From contig JAQBPN010000084.1 in the NCBI GenBank assembly GCA_028287505.1, positions 22,147-86,146 of the forward strand: 64,000 bases of DNA, read 5' to 3'. The position numbers and the translations under genes were made by a program. The stretch comes from Fibrobacterota bacterium. Its GTDB lineage: Bacteria > Fibrobacterota > Fibrobacteria > UBA11236. The notes beneath the pieces were generated by a model. It had not been told where the DNA came from and made no database searches. It was given only the letters and a program-made list of their open reading frames with translations. Positions 36,712 to 46,634 of the stretch are shown one piece after another (positions within the stretch are counted from its first letter, which is position 1; every line of letters starts with the position of its first letter).

Positions 36712-38649
36712 ATGTCGAGTGCGGAGGCATGGCGTTTCCAATGGACCGCCGCCATAGTAGTCTGTTTTGCTATGGCTCTGGATTCCGCTTCCGCCCAGGA
36801 CATGGAGAGTCTGCCTTCGCCGGGTCAATTGAAAAGAATGAGCCTGGAAGAACTGATGGACGTCAGGGTCACCCTGGTCTCCAGGCAATCCGAAAAACTC
36901 AACGAAGTCCCCTCCGCCGTCCAGGTCATCACCCAGGACGACATCCGCCGCTTCGGAGTCTTCACGCTTCCGGAGGCGTTGCGCCTGGCCACCAATCTGC
37001 AGGTGGCCCAGGTGGACGCGCGCCAATGGGCCATCAGCGCCCGCGGCCAGAACAATGTCCTGTCCAACAAACTATTGGTCATGATCGACGGGCGCACCGT
37101 CTATACGCCCTTGCACGCCGGGGTTTTCTGGGACGTGCAGAACATCATGCTGGACAACGTCGATCGCATCGAAGTCATCAGCGGGCCCGGGGGAACCCTG
37201 TGGGGGGCCAATGCCGTCAACGGCGTCATCAACATCGTCACCAAGGGCGCCGAATCCACCCAGGGCGGCTTGATCGGCGGCGGCGCGGGAACGGCCATGC
37301 AAGGCGTTGGGGCGGGGCGCTATGGCGGCAGGATCGGCAAGGACGTCTATTACCGCGTCTGGGGACGGGGTCTGCGGCACAACAGCACGGATTTCTCCAA
37401 CGGGAACGACGCCAAGAATCCCTGGGACATGTTGCAGAGCGGCTTCCGGACTGACTGGCTGCCGAAAGAAGGGGATAGGGTCACCGTTACCGGAAACCTC
37501 TATTCCGGCGATTTGGACCAGGATACTCCTTCGCCCACTGCCGTGGACGGCCAATATCTCATCGGCCGCTGGACGCGCGACTATTCCCAAGAATCCGGCA
37601 TCCAGGCCCAGGTGTATTTCGATCGCTCCGCGCGCACCATCCCGGCCATCTTTGGCGAGGATCTCCAGATTTACGATTTCGATTTCCAGCACCGGCTGCG
37701 CCTTGGCGATAGGAACGCGTTGATCTGGGGAACGGGTTACCGCTTCATGCGGGACGATGTGGTCAACAGCCCGGCCCTCGCATTCGTGCCGGGCCACAAG
37801 GACTTGAGCCTCTTCAACGGCTTTCTCCAGGATCAGATCATGCTGATCCCGGAGAGATTGCGGCTGATAGTGGGCAGCAAGCTCGAGCACAACGATTATT
37901 CCGGATTCGAAGTGATGCCGTCGGGGCGTCTGGCCTTCACGCCCGATGACCGCCAGACCATATGGGGAGCCGTCTCCCGGGCGGTGCGCTCCCCCAGCCG
38001 CATCGACGTGGACCTGTATCTGCCCGGCCCGCCGGTCCCGGCGGACTCCATCAGGTTGGAAGGCGGCCCCGGCTTCAAGGCCGAGGACCTGACCGCCTAT
38101 GAGGCGGGTTATCGGGTGGTGCCGATGCCGAACGTAACGGCTTCCCTCTCGGCCTTCTACAACTGGTACGATAATCTCCGCATTTTCGAGCCGGTGGGCG
38201 GCAATGTGATCCAATTCACCAACGGTTCGAAAGGCGAGGTGCGCGGGGTGGAGCTCTCCGCGGGCTGGCAGGCGATGGCGTGGTGGCAGCTCAAAGGCGG
38301 CTATACCTATCTGCAAGAGGAGTTCTGGACCAAGCCGGGCCATATCGAGCTCGCTTCCCCCGGAAGCCAGGGCGACGATCCGGATCACCAATTCCTGGTG
38401 CAGTCGATGATGGACCTCCCTGCGGGTTTTCAGCTCAACGGCGCCGTGCGTTACGTCTCCGCGCTTCCTTCCCCCGCCGTTCCCTATTACTCCACTTTCG
38501 ATCTGAGCGTAGTCTGGATGTTCCATTCCTTCACTTTTTCCATCGTGGGGCATGACCTCGCGGAGAAGAGCCATGCGGAATTCGGCCCGGTAACGACGCG
38601 AAACGAGGTTCCCCGTTCGGTTTCGGCGAGGGCCTCATGGCGTTTTTGA
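36712..38649 (+). CDS. TonB-dependent outer-membrane receptor
   Basis: Signal peptide, plug domain (EELMDVRVTLVSRQ...VPSAVQVITQDDIRRFGV), 22-strand barrel region, terminal ...SWRF. Confidence 0.8.
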   Translation: MSSAEAWRFQWTAAIVVCFAMALDSASAQDMESLPSPGQLKRMSLEELMDVRVTLVSRQSEKLNEVPSAVQVITQDDIRRFGVFTLPEALRLATNLQVAQVDARQWAISARGQNNVLSNKLLVMIDGRTVYTPLHAGVFWDVQNIMLDNVDRIEVISGPGGTLWGANAVNGVINIVTKGAESTQGGLIGGGAGTAMQGVGAGRYGGRIGKDVYYRVWGRGLRHNSTDFSNGNDAKNPWDMLQSGFRTDWLPKEGDRVTVTGNLYSGDLDQDTPSPTAVDGQYLIGRWTRDYSQESGIQAQVYFDRSARTIPAIFGEDLQIYDFDFQHRLRLGDRNALIWGTGYRFMRDDVVNSPALAFVPGHKDLSLFNGFLQDQIMLIPERLRLIVGSKLEHNDYSGFEVMPSGRLAFTPDDRQTIWGAVSRAVRSPSRIDVDLYLPGPPVPADSIRLEGGPGFKAEDLTAYEAGYRVVPMPNVTASLSAFYNWYDNLRIFEPVGGNVIQFTNGSKGEVRGVELSAGWQAMAWWQLKGGYTYLQEEFWTKPGHIELASPGSQGDDPDHQFLVQSMMDLPAGFQLNGAVRYVSALPSPAVPYYSTFDLSVVWMFHSFTFSIVGHDLAEKSHAEFGPVTTRNEVPRSVSARASWRF

Positions 38650-39194
38650 AGGGCAAAGCCGCTTGGGTGCTGGTCGCGATGGTTCTCCTGGGACTTCCGG
38701 GCTTGGCCGCGCAGGCGTCCCCGGACCGTGAACATCGGATCAAAGCCGTCTTCCTTTTCAATTTCGCTCAGTTCGTGCAATGGCCGGACAGCGCTTTCGC
38801 CGGGCCGGAGGATCCGTTGGTGGTGGGAATCCTGGGGGAGGATCCCTTCGACACCTATCTGGACGAGGTGGTGCGCGGCGAGAAAGTGAACAACCGCTCC
38901 ATCGTCGTAAAGCGCTACAAACGCATCGAAGACGCCAAAGGATGCCATGTGCTTTTCATAAGCGATTCGGAAATCCCCAGGACCGAGGCCATCTTCGCGG
39001 CCCTCAAGTCGAGCCATATCCTGACCGTGGGGGAATCGGATCTGTTCTTCCAGCGCGGGGGCATGGTCTGTTTCGCCACCGAGGCGGGCCGGATCCGCCT
39101 CAAGATCAACCTGGAAGCGGTCCAGGACGCGGAGCTCGTCGTGAGTTCGAAACTTCTCAGGCTTGCGGACGTCGCGGGTCCGCGCAAGGAGTAG
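38637..39194 (+). CDS. YfiR-family (DUF4154) periplasmic protein
   Basis: Signal peptide, then AVFLFNFAQFVQWP and VGILGEDPF...KGCHVLFIS; the DUF4154/YfiR signature. Overlaps the TBDR stop by 13 bp. Confidence 0.65.
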   Translation: MAFLKGKAAWVLVAMVLLGLPGLAAQASPDREHRIKAVFLFNFAQFVQWPDSAFAGPEDPLVVGILGEDPFDTYLDEVVRGEKVNNRSIVVKRYKRIEDAKGCHVLFISDSEIPRTEAIFAALKSSHILTVGESDLFFQRGGMVCFATEAGRIRLKINLEAVQDAELVVSSKLLRLADVAGPRKE

Positions 39195-39197
39195 CCG

Positions 39198-41573
39198 ATG
39201 GCATTCGGGAACATGCGCCTGCAGCAACGGCTGATGGCCATCATGCTCCTGACGAGCGCTTCGGTGTTGGTGCTCACCTGCGCCGGATTCTTCGCCTACG
39301 AATTCCTCACTTTCCGCCGATCCACCGTCCGCCAATTGTCCACTGTCGCGGCCATCATAGCCGACAACAGCACCGCCGTTCTCGCCTTCGCGGATAGGCC
39401 CGGCGCCCGGGAAATCCTTTCCGCGCTGAAGGCGGAGCCCCACATCACCGAGGCCGCCCTTTATGATGAAAACGGCAACGTGTTTTCCATCTACCCGGAG
39501 GGGCGCGGAGCGGCCGGGATACCCTCCGTTCCCGCCGCGGATGGATTCCGTTTCGAACAATCCTTTTTGATCGGCTTCCAGCCGGTGGTCCAGAACGATC
39601 GCCGCCTGGGCACTTTGTACGTGCAATCGGATCTGAAGGCCGTGTCCGCGCGCTTCCGCTTGTACGGCGCGGTGGCGGCCCTGGTTGCCGCGGTGGCCTT
39701 TCTGGCATCCTATCTTCTCTCCCGGGCCTTGCAGCGTCAGATCTCCGCGCCCATCATGGCGCTGGCGGAAACGGCCCAGGCGGTTTCCGATCGGCGCGAT
39801 TACTCCGTGCGGGCCCGCCGGATCGGGGACGGCGAGCTGGGGCTCCTGACGGATTCGTTCAACCAGATGCTCAACCAGATCCAGGAACAGCTGGGCCGCA
39901 TGGAGCTTCTCAACCAGATTACCCGCGCCATCGGCGAACGCCTCGATCTCTCGAGCGTTTTCCAGGTGATGACCGGCGCCCTGGAAAACGACCTGCCGGT
40001 GGATTTCGTTTGCGTGTGCCGCTACGATGCCGCGCAGGACCGCCTGACGGTGACGAGCGTGGGAGCCAAATCCGGCGCCCTGGCCGCCGAACTGGGCTTG
40101 ACCTCGCAAGCGCGCATGCAGGCGGAGGGGAGCGGACTGGAAAAATGCCTGCGCGGGGAAATGGTCTACCATGCGGATGTATCCGGAACCGGCTCCCCCT
40201 TCGCGGAGCGCCTGGTCGCGCAAGGCTTGCATTCGTTGGTGCTTGCGCCCCTGATTGTCGAAAGCGGCGTGTTCGGGGTCCTGATAGCCGCGCGCCGCAT
40301 GCCGGATGGATTCAGCGCGATGGACCGCGAGTTCCTGCGGCAGTTGAGCGATCATGCGGCCCTGGCGGCGCATCAGGCCCATCTTTACGGGGCATTGCAG
40401 CAAGCCTATGAGGATTTGCGCCGTTCCCAGCAGGCGGTGATGGAACAGGAGCGCTTGCGGGCCCTGGGACAGATGGCCAGCGGCATAGCGCACGACATCA
40501 ACAATGCCATCTCCCCGGCGGCCCTGTATACGGAATCAATCCTGGAAAGCGAAACCGGGCTGAGCCCCAAAGCGCGGGAACAGTTGCAGACCATCGCCCA
40601 CGCCATCGAGGACGTGTCCGCCACGGTGGGGCGCATGCGCGAGTTCTCCCGCAAGAAGGAGCCGATGATGGCGCTGGTGCCCGTGCAGCTCAACCGCTCC
40701 CTGCAGCAGGTGATCGATCTCACGCGCGCCCGCTGGCACGACACGCCGCAGCAGCGGGGGTTCGTCATCAAGATCGAGACCGAACTGGACCAGAGCCTGC
40801 CCGTGGTCATGGGCGTGGAAGGGGAAATCCGCGAAGCCTTCACCAACCTGTTCCTGAACGCTTTCGACGCCATGCCGGAGGGCGGCACCCTGACCCTGCG
40901 GACGCGCGTCGTGCGCAATACCCTCGTATGCGTGGAGGTGTCCGATACGGGCGCGGGCATGGACGAGGAGACGCGGCGGCGATGCCTGGAACCCTTCTAC
41001 ACCACCAAGGGCGAGCGGGGCACAGGGCTGGGGCTGGCCATGGTGTACGGCGTGACCGAGCGCCATGGGGCGGATCTGGAGATCGACAGCGAGGTGGGCA
41101 AGGGAACCACCATGCGGCTGATATTCCCGGTGGCGCAGTATGCGGCCGTGGAGGCCGCGCCGTCCCCGCAGGCTCCCGCCGCGCCGGTCCATGTCCGCGT
41201 CCTGGTGGTGGACGACGATCCGCTGGTGGCCAAGGTATTGCGGGATACCATGAAGACGGACGGCCATGACGTTTCCACCGCCAACGGCGGCCAGGCCGGC
41301 ATCGACGCCTTTTTGGCGGCGCAGAAGGCGGGCGCGCCGTTCGACGTGGTCATGACGGATCTGGGAATGCCGTACGTGGACGGCCGCAAGGTGGCGGCCG
41401 CGGTGAAGAAGGCTTCGCCCGCGACGCCGGTGATTCTGCTGACGGGTTGGGGGCAAAGCCTCTTGGCGGATGGAGACATGCCGGCCCACGTGGACCGGCT
41501 CCTGAGCAAGCCGCCCAAGATTGCGGAATTGCGGGAAGCCTTGATGCTCTCCGTGCCGCAAACCGTGCGCTAG
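39198..41573 (+). CDS. Hybrid sensor histidine kinase: TM, periplasmic sensor, TM, HAMP, GAF, HisKA, HATPase, receiver
   Basis: H-box IAHDINNAIS, N/G-boxes (LFLNAFDAM, DTGAGMD, GTGLGLA), receiver VLVVDDDPLV...DVVMTDLGMP. Begins 4 bp after the YfiR-like stop. Confidence 0.8.
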   Translation: MAFGNMRLQQRLMAIMLLTSASVLVLTCAGFFAYEFLTFRRSTVRQLSTVAAIIADNSTAVLAFADRPGAREILSALKAEPHITEAALYDENGNVFSIYPEGRGAAGIPSVPAADGFRFEQSFLIGFQPVVQNDRRLGTLYVQSDLKAVSARFRLYGAVAALVAAVAFLASYLLSRALQRQISAPIMALAETAQAVSDRRDYSVRARRIGDGELGLLTDSFNQMLNQIQEQLGRMELLNQITRAIGERLDLSSVFQVMTGALENDLPVDFVCVCRYDAAQDRLTVTSVGAKSGALAAELGLTSQARMQAEGSGLEKCLRGEMVYHADVSGTGSPFAERLVAQGLHSLVLAPLIVESGVFGVLIAARRMPDGFSAMDREFLRQLSDHAALAAHQAHLYGALQQAYEDLRRSQQAVMEQERLRALGQMASGIAHDINNAISPAALYTESILESETGLSPKAREQLQTIAHAIEDVSATVGRMREFSRKKEPMMALVPVQLNRSLQQVIDLTRARWHDTPQQRGFVIKIETELDQSLPVVMGVEGEIREAFTNLFLNAFDAMPEGGTLTLRTRVVRNTLVCVEVSDTGAGMDEETRRRCLEPFYTTKGERGTGLGLAMVYGVTERHGADLEIDSEVGKGTTMRLIFPVAQYAAVEAAPSPQAPAAPVHVRVLVVDDDPLVAKVLRDTMKTDGHDVSTANGGQAGIDAFLAAQKAGAPFDVVMTDLGMPYVDGRKVAAAVKKASPATPVILLTGWGQSLLADGDMPAHVDRLLSKPPKIAELREALMLSVPQTVR

Positions 41574-41598
41574 CCCCGGGCTTCCCGCCCGGGCGCAA

Positions 41599-42558
41599 TC
41601 AATTAATACCGATATATTCCGTGCCCACCGCTACGTCGTCCACGTACATGGTGGAAGGCTGGCTGGGGCTTGAGCAGCTGTTGCCGTGGGCGGAGTTGGA
41701 GTACCAGCCGCCCAGGCGGATGCGGTTCAGTTTCACCGTCGCGCCGCCTTTGCCGCGGATGTTGATTCCGGTCTTGGAGGCCGCTTCCACGCCGTCCACC
41801 CAGATCTTCACCCAGCCGTCGTTCCTGCCGGGCGTGTTCAGGAACACCTGGTATTCGATGGCGTACCAGCGGTTGCGCTGGAACGTGCGCGTCGAAGTCA
41901 GGTTGCCCCAATCGAAGCCCACCGGGCGGCCGTTGAAGAACAGGCCCATATCGGACATGTCCGTGGTGCCGCATTGGTTGACGCCGCCATTGCTGCGCAC
42001 CGTCATCACGATGTCGATATCGTTCAGCTGGGTGGCCTCGTTGAAGGACTGCACGCGGGCGATCTTCACGCCCTGCCCGAAGTCATAGCCCGTCCCGAAG
42101 TAATAATAGGCGCGCACGTCCACGACGTTGGCGGAAAGCGTCAGGGAGGTGCCGGCCACGTCTTCGTTCTTGGCGTAGGTCACGGCCAGGGACTTGTTTC
42201 CGGAATGATGGATTCCATTCTCATTCAGCTTGGCGCCCCAGGAACCGATGCCGCCGTACTCTCCGCAGGCGGCGGTGGCGTAACCGGAGGAACTGCGGGC
42301 TCCCCAACAGGAAGACGTCTGATCCTCGAAGTCGCTGCGCCACAGGAGCGGGTAGCCGGATAGCTTCGCCAGCGCCTCGCCGGGCACATCGGAGAGGACT
42401 TTCGGGCCCAGGGGCGCCAGGTCGGCTTCGTTATAGGCTTCGGACATGGGTGAAGAGCTTTCGGATTGGATCGGACTCGATGACGCCGACATGAAATCGC
42501 AGGCGTTGAAGCCGAGGGTGAGGGAAAGCGCGAACGCGGGATAGAGAAGTGAACGCAT
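41599..42558 (-). CDS. Hypothetical lipoprotein with a Ser-rich linker and jelly-roll-like C-terminal domain
   Basis: MRSLLYPAFALSLTLGFNAC followed by SASSSPIQSESSSP. No confident family assignment. Confidence 0.4.
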   Translation of the reverse strand: MRSLLYPAFALSLTLGFNACDFMSASSSPIQSESSSPMSEAYNEADLAPLGPKVLSDVPGEALAKLSGYPLLWRSDFEDQTSSCWGARSSSGYATAACGEYGGIGSWGAKLNENGIHHSGNKSLAVTYAKNEDVAGTSLTLSANVVDVRAYYYFGTGYDFGQGVKIARVQSFNEATQLNDIDIVMTVRSNGGVNQCGTTDMSDMGLFFNGRPVGFDWGNLTSTRTFQRNRWYAIEYQVFLNTPGRNDGWVKIWVDGVEAASKTGINIRGKGGATVKLNRIRLGGWYSNSAHGNSCSSPSQPSTMYVDDVAVGTEYIGIN

Positions 42559-43075
42559 GAAGTCCTTCCAGGAACGAATTCCGGCTGGGGTGATTGCCGA
42601 ACCGTCAAGAGGCCGCTGCGTCGGTCCGGCTCCCCCTGATGGATTCGGGAGAGCCGGATGGAAGCGGATTGAGTCTCCAAGGACTCGGCTGACATGATTT
42701 TAAATATTAGCGGATCCGGAAACCACCCGGGATGGAAACTTTTACCTTTCTCTGAACAAATCGGCGCATACGGCCGCCAAAGCCCGCCGTTGCTGGGATG
42801 CAGGCGGTCAGAGAACGGTCAGGGAATTTTTACAGGGTAACTTTAGGGGTACCTCGCCGCCGCCGCCCCGTTTCCCGGCGGACCGGTCCATTGGTAACGT
42901 TCGCGTTACCGTGCATCTCCCGGAACGGCCTCCGGAGAGGTACCGGATCCTCCCCGGGACGGCATCCAAACCGCCCGGATCGCCCCTTGGGAGCCGTTTT
43001 GCCCGCGCCCCGACCCCGCTTTGGCCGGACATCGGCCCATTTCGGCCCCGGTCCGGGGTAAGTATCTTTACCCCG

Positions 43076-45760
43076 ATGCCATCCCCCACTTTCCGCGACA
43101 TTCTCGAGACCTTGCCTTCCGAATACCGTTCCGACAACGGGTTCCTGCTGGAGTCGTTCCTGGATTGGGCCCGCCTGCGCGGCCTGTCCCTGTATCCGGC
43201 CCAGGAGGCCGCCGTCCTGGAGCTCTTCGAGGGCAAGAATGTCATCCTCAACACGCCCACCGGCTCCGGAAAATCCCTGGTGGCCTCCGTGCTGCACTTC
43301 CAGGCCCTGGCCCAGGGCCGCCGGTCCGTCTACACCTGTCCCATCAAGGCCCTGGTGAACGAAAAGTGGATGGCCTTGTGCAGGGAGTTCGGCCCGGAAA
43401 ACGTGGGGCTGTCCACCGGGGACGCCACCGTGAACCGGGACGCGCCCATCCTCTGCTGCACGGCCGAAATCCTGTCCAACATGGCCCTGTCCGAAGGCGA
43501 AGACAGCCCCATCCGAGAAGTGGTGATGGACGAGTTCCACTATTACAGCGATCGGGATCGCGGCGTCGCCTGGCAGGTGCCGCTCTTGACCATGCCCCGG
43601 GCGCGCTTCCTGCTGATGTCGGCCACTCTGGGCGAGACGGTATTCTTCGAAGAGGCGCTCACCAGGCTCACGGGGCTTCCCACCGTGGCGGTCCGATCCC
43701 AGGATCGCCCGGTGCCCTTGTCCTTCCACTATGCGGAAACCGCCTTGTCCGAAACCGTCCTGCGCTTCGCCACGGAGGGCAAGGCTCCCGTGTACGTGGT
43801 CCACTTCACCCAGGCCGACGCGGCCCGCAACGCCCAGAGCTTCACCAGCCTTGACCTTTGCACCAAGGAGGAAAAGAACGCCCTCTCCGCCGCGGTGGAA
43901 GGCTTCCGCTTTTCCAGCCCTTATGGGCCCGATCTCAAGCGCTGGCTGCGCCAGGGGATAGGCCTGCATCACGCCGGCCTGCTTCCCAAGTACCGCATCC
44001 TGGTGGAGAAGCTGGCCCAGCAGGGCCTGCTCAAGGTGATTTGCGGCACGGACACCCTGGGGGTGGGCGTGAACGTGCCCATCCGCACCGTGCTCTTCAC
44101 CCAGCTCTGCAAATACAGCGGCGACAAGACCGCCATCCTTACCGCCCGGGACTTCCACCAGATCTCCGGGCGCGCGGGCCGCAAGGGTTTCGATGATCAC
44201 GGATACGTGGCCGCCCAGGCTCCCGAACACGTGATCGAAAACCTGAAGCTGGCGGCCAAGACTTCCCAGTCCGGAAAGAAATTCGTCAAGCGCCAGCCTC
44301 CGGAAAAGGGCTACGTGCCCTGGGACAAAGGCACTTTCGAACGCCTGATCGTCGCCCAGCCGGAGCGGCTGGTGTCCCGCTTCCAGGTCACCCATGCCAT
44401 GCTGCTCAATGTTCTGGGGCGCAAGCCGGGCCCCGGCCAGGCCGGAGACGGATGCCGCGCCATGCGCAACCTCATCACGGACAGCCACGAATCCGCCAAG
44501 GACAAGGCCGCCCACCGCAAGCGCGCGTTCCAGTTGTTCCGGTCGCTGGTGGAGCGGGGTATCGTGGAAATTACCCCGTCCGCGGGACGCGGGGCGGCGG
44601 CCGGGGAAGCCGGCCCGGGACGGAAATCCAAGCTGCGCGTGAACGTGGACCTGCAGCAGAATTTCTCCATGGACCAGACCCTTTCCCTGTACCTGCTGGA
44701 CACGCTTCCCCTTTTGAACCCGGAACTCCCCGAGCACCATCTGGACGTGCTCACCCTGGCCGAGGCCATCCTGGAGGATCCGGACCTGGTGCTGCGGCGC
44801 CAGTTGGACATGCTCAAGACCGAGCGCATGGCGGAATTGAAGGCCCAGGGCATGGAGTTCGATCAGCGTATCGCGGAGCTGGACGCCATGGAGCATCCCA
44901 AGCCTTTGCGTGAATTCATCTACCAGACCTTCAATGCCTTCACGGAAAAGCATCCCTGGGTGGGCGGCGGGAACATCCGGCCCAAATCCATCGCCCGGGA
45001 GATGCTGGAAGGTTACTACACCTTTTCCGGCTACATCAAACGCTATGGACTGGAACGATCGGAAGGCTTGCTGCTGCGGCATCTGAACAGCGTTTACAAG
45101 GTGCTGGCCAATACCATCCCGGAATCCGCCAAGACCGATCCGGTGCGGGAAACGGAAGTCTTTTTCGGAGATCTCGTCCGGCGCGTGGATTCCAGCCTGT
45201 TGGAGGAATGGGAGCGGCTGATGGATCCGGACTTCAAACCCGTGGAACGCTCCGAGCCCTTGCCTCCCGGGGCGGAGGAGGCCGCGCGCGCGGCGGCGCG
45301 AGACGTAACGGCGGATGCCAAGACCTTCACCGCGGCCATCCGGGCCCGGGTATTCAGCTTTCTGGCTTCACTGGCGCGTTACGATACCGCCGGGGCATTC
45401 GAAGCCTTGTCGGAAGGATTGGGCGACGCCGGAACGGCCGCGACCGGCGGGGCCCAAGGCGCCGCTGCGTTGGCGATGGCCGCCCTGGCGGGGGGAGAGA
45501 ATGCGCCTTGGACGGAAGATCGGGTGCGCAAGGCCTTGGATGAATATCGCGCCGACCATGGAATGTTCCGCCTGGATCCGGAAGGACGATCGGCCGTCCA
45601 CACCGTGGTCGATCGGGCCGCGCACGCGGGGGCATGGCGCGTGGATCAAATGCTGCAGGATCACGAAGGCCACAATGACGGGAAGGCGGTGTTCGAGGTT
45701 GATTTGGCCGCGTCCCGGGCGGCCGGGGCTCCGGTCATGAGGCTGACCGGATTCGGTTGA
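43076..45760 (+). CDS. DEAD/DEAH-box (Ski2/Lhr-like) helicase with a long C-terminal DUF3516-like extension
   Basis: Walker [14 protein letters not shown] box, motif III SAT, helicase-C HAGLLP...[18 protein letters not shown]. Start at [10 protein letters not shown] (43076). Confidence 0.7.
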   Translation: MPSPTFRDILETLPSEYRSDNGFLLESFLDWARLRGLSLYPAQEAAVLELFEGKNVILNTPTGSGKSLVASVLHFQALAQGRRSVYTCPIKALVNEKWMALCREFGPENVGLSTGDATVNRDAPILCCTAEILSNMALSEGEDSPIREVVMDEFHYYSDRDRGVAWQVPLLTMPRARFLLMSATLGETVFFEEALTRLTGLPTVAVRSQDRPVPLSFHYAETALSETVLRFATEGKAPVYVVHFTQADAARNAQSFTSLDLCTKEEKNALSAAVEGFRFSSPYGPDLKRWLRQGIGLHHAGLLPKYRILVEKLAQQGLLKVICGTDTLGVGVNVPIRTVLFTQLCKYSGDKTAILTARDFHQISGRAGRKGFDDHGYVAAQAPEHVIENLKLAAKTSQSGKKFVKRQPPEKGYVPWDKGTFERLIVAQPERLVSRFQVTHAMLLNVLGRKPGPGQAGDGCRAMRNLITDSHESAKDKAAHRKRAFQLFRSLVERGIVEITPSAGRGAAAGEAGPGRKSKLRVNVDLQQNFSMDQTLSLYLLDTLPLLNPELPEHHLDVLTLAEAILEDPDLVLRRQLDMLKTERMAELKAQGMEFDQRIAELDAMEHPKPLREFIYQTFNAFTEKHPWVGGGNIRPKSIAREMLEGYYTFSGYIKRYGLERSEGLLLRHLNSVYKVLANTIPESAKTDPVRETEVFFGDLVRRVDSSLLEEWERLMDPDFKPVERSEPLPPGAEEAARAAARDVTADAKTFTAAIRARVFSFLASLARYDTAGAFEALSEGLGDAGTAATGGAQGAAALAMAALAGGENAPWTEDRVRKALDEYRADHGMFRLDPEGRSAVHTVVDRAAHAGAWRVDQMLQDHEGHNDGKAVFEVDLAASRAAGAPVMRLTGFG

Positions 45761-45775
45761 AAGTTCCGGGAGGGG

Positions 45776-46003
45776 TTATTTCCGCGACCGTACCAGGTCC
45801 GATACGGGGACTTCCAGGGCAATCGCGATCTTGTTCAGGGAACTCAATCTCGGATCCGCCTTGAGATTCAGGATCCGGCTGATAAGGGATTTCTGGATTC
45901 CGGTAGAACTGGCGAAGTTATCGATGCTGGAGAATTCGCCTTGCTTGATCTTCTTCTCGATCAGGCGTCTTATGTTTTCAGCTATGGTTTGTCTATCGTG
46001 CAA
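45776..46003 (-). CDS. XRE-family (Cro/cI-type) HTH transcriptional regulator; TTG start
   Basis: IAENIRRLIEKK...GEFSSIDNFASSTGIQKSLISRILN HTH. 75 aa. Lies within a ~48% GC islet. Confidence 0.6.
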   Translation of the reverse strand: MHDRQTIAENIRRLIEKKIKQGEFSSIDNFASSTGIQKSLISRILNLKADPRLSSLNKIAIALEVPVSDLVRSRK

Positions 46004-46053
46004 TGTGGTTCAGCCTTCGAGTGCAAAGGTACGGATTAAGAACCGTCCTTGAG

Positions 46054-46067
46054 TTCTATTGATAGAA
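46054..46067. promoter_or_regulatory. Perfect palindrome TTCTAT-TG-ATAGAA in the XRE / downstream-gene divergent region (candidate operator)
   Basis: 6+2+6 exact inverted repeat, ~50 bp from the XRE start and just upstream of (or overlapping) the alternative TTG start of the next ORF. Confidence 0.35.
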
Positions 46068-46484
46068 CAAACGCCATTACCTATACTTTCATCTGGACAC
46101 ATGAACTCTCCTGCACCCGGACAAAATCTTCCCGTCAACGCAGAACTCACCGTCATAGAGGATAGGTGGGAAGTCAGTTGTACCGGCGCGTTCCAACGCG
46201 GCGATGTCATCGCGCTCATCGACACCATCTCGGCCCGGATGGACCGACGGCCCGAGGTCAGAAAATGCCTGGTGGATATCCGGGAAGCGGAAGTGACCCT
46301 CGGAATCATGGGCGAATACATCATCGGCGAATATGCGGCCAAGAAGCTGGTCGGTTTGAGAATCGCATTGATCCAGGATGCCGGGCAGGTGAAAAAACTG
46401 ATGGAAGACACCGCCTATAACCGGGGATTACGGATCTTGATGGTAAATGGCCATGAAGACGCCCTGGCCTGGTTGAACAAATAA
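46059..46484 (+). CDS. Small hypothetical protein with a STAS/SpoIIAA-like C-terminal pattern. Possibly starts at the ATG at 46101.
   Basis: ...GLRIALIQDAGQVKKL...GLRILMVNGHEDALAWLNK. Low-GC islet. An inverted repeat (AGCACCA/TGGTGCT, ~46523-46546) follows the stop. Confidence 0.35.
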   Translation: MIEQTPLPILSSGHMNSPAPGQNLPVNAELTVIEDRWEVSCTGAFQRGDVIALIDTISARMDRRPEVRKCLVDIREAEVTLGIMGEYIIGEYAAKKLVGLRIALIQDAGQVKKLMEDTAYNRGLRILMVNGHEDALAWLNK

Positions 46485-46634
46485 ATAGCCGCTTCGCATA
46501 AAACCAATCTACCCCCGTAAAACCCCTCTGTAAGCACCATTTTGCTTGGTGCTGTAATCTTTCCGCCAATTCACCTGGTATTTTCCAGTCACTAACGGGT
46601 AAGCATATATGGCATAGGGGATCCCCCTACGCAG

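Noticed and set aside
37072-38574. 500-aa minus ORF antisense to the TonB-dependent receptor; 38487..40493- (668 aa) antisense to the HK.
   Set aside because: Antisense shadows of well-supported genes.
42830-45082. 750-aa minus ORF antisense to the helicase.
   Set aside because: Helicase motifs (Walker A, DEFH, SAT) are on the + strand.
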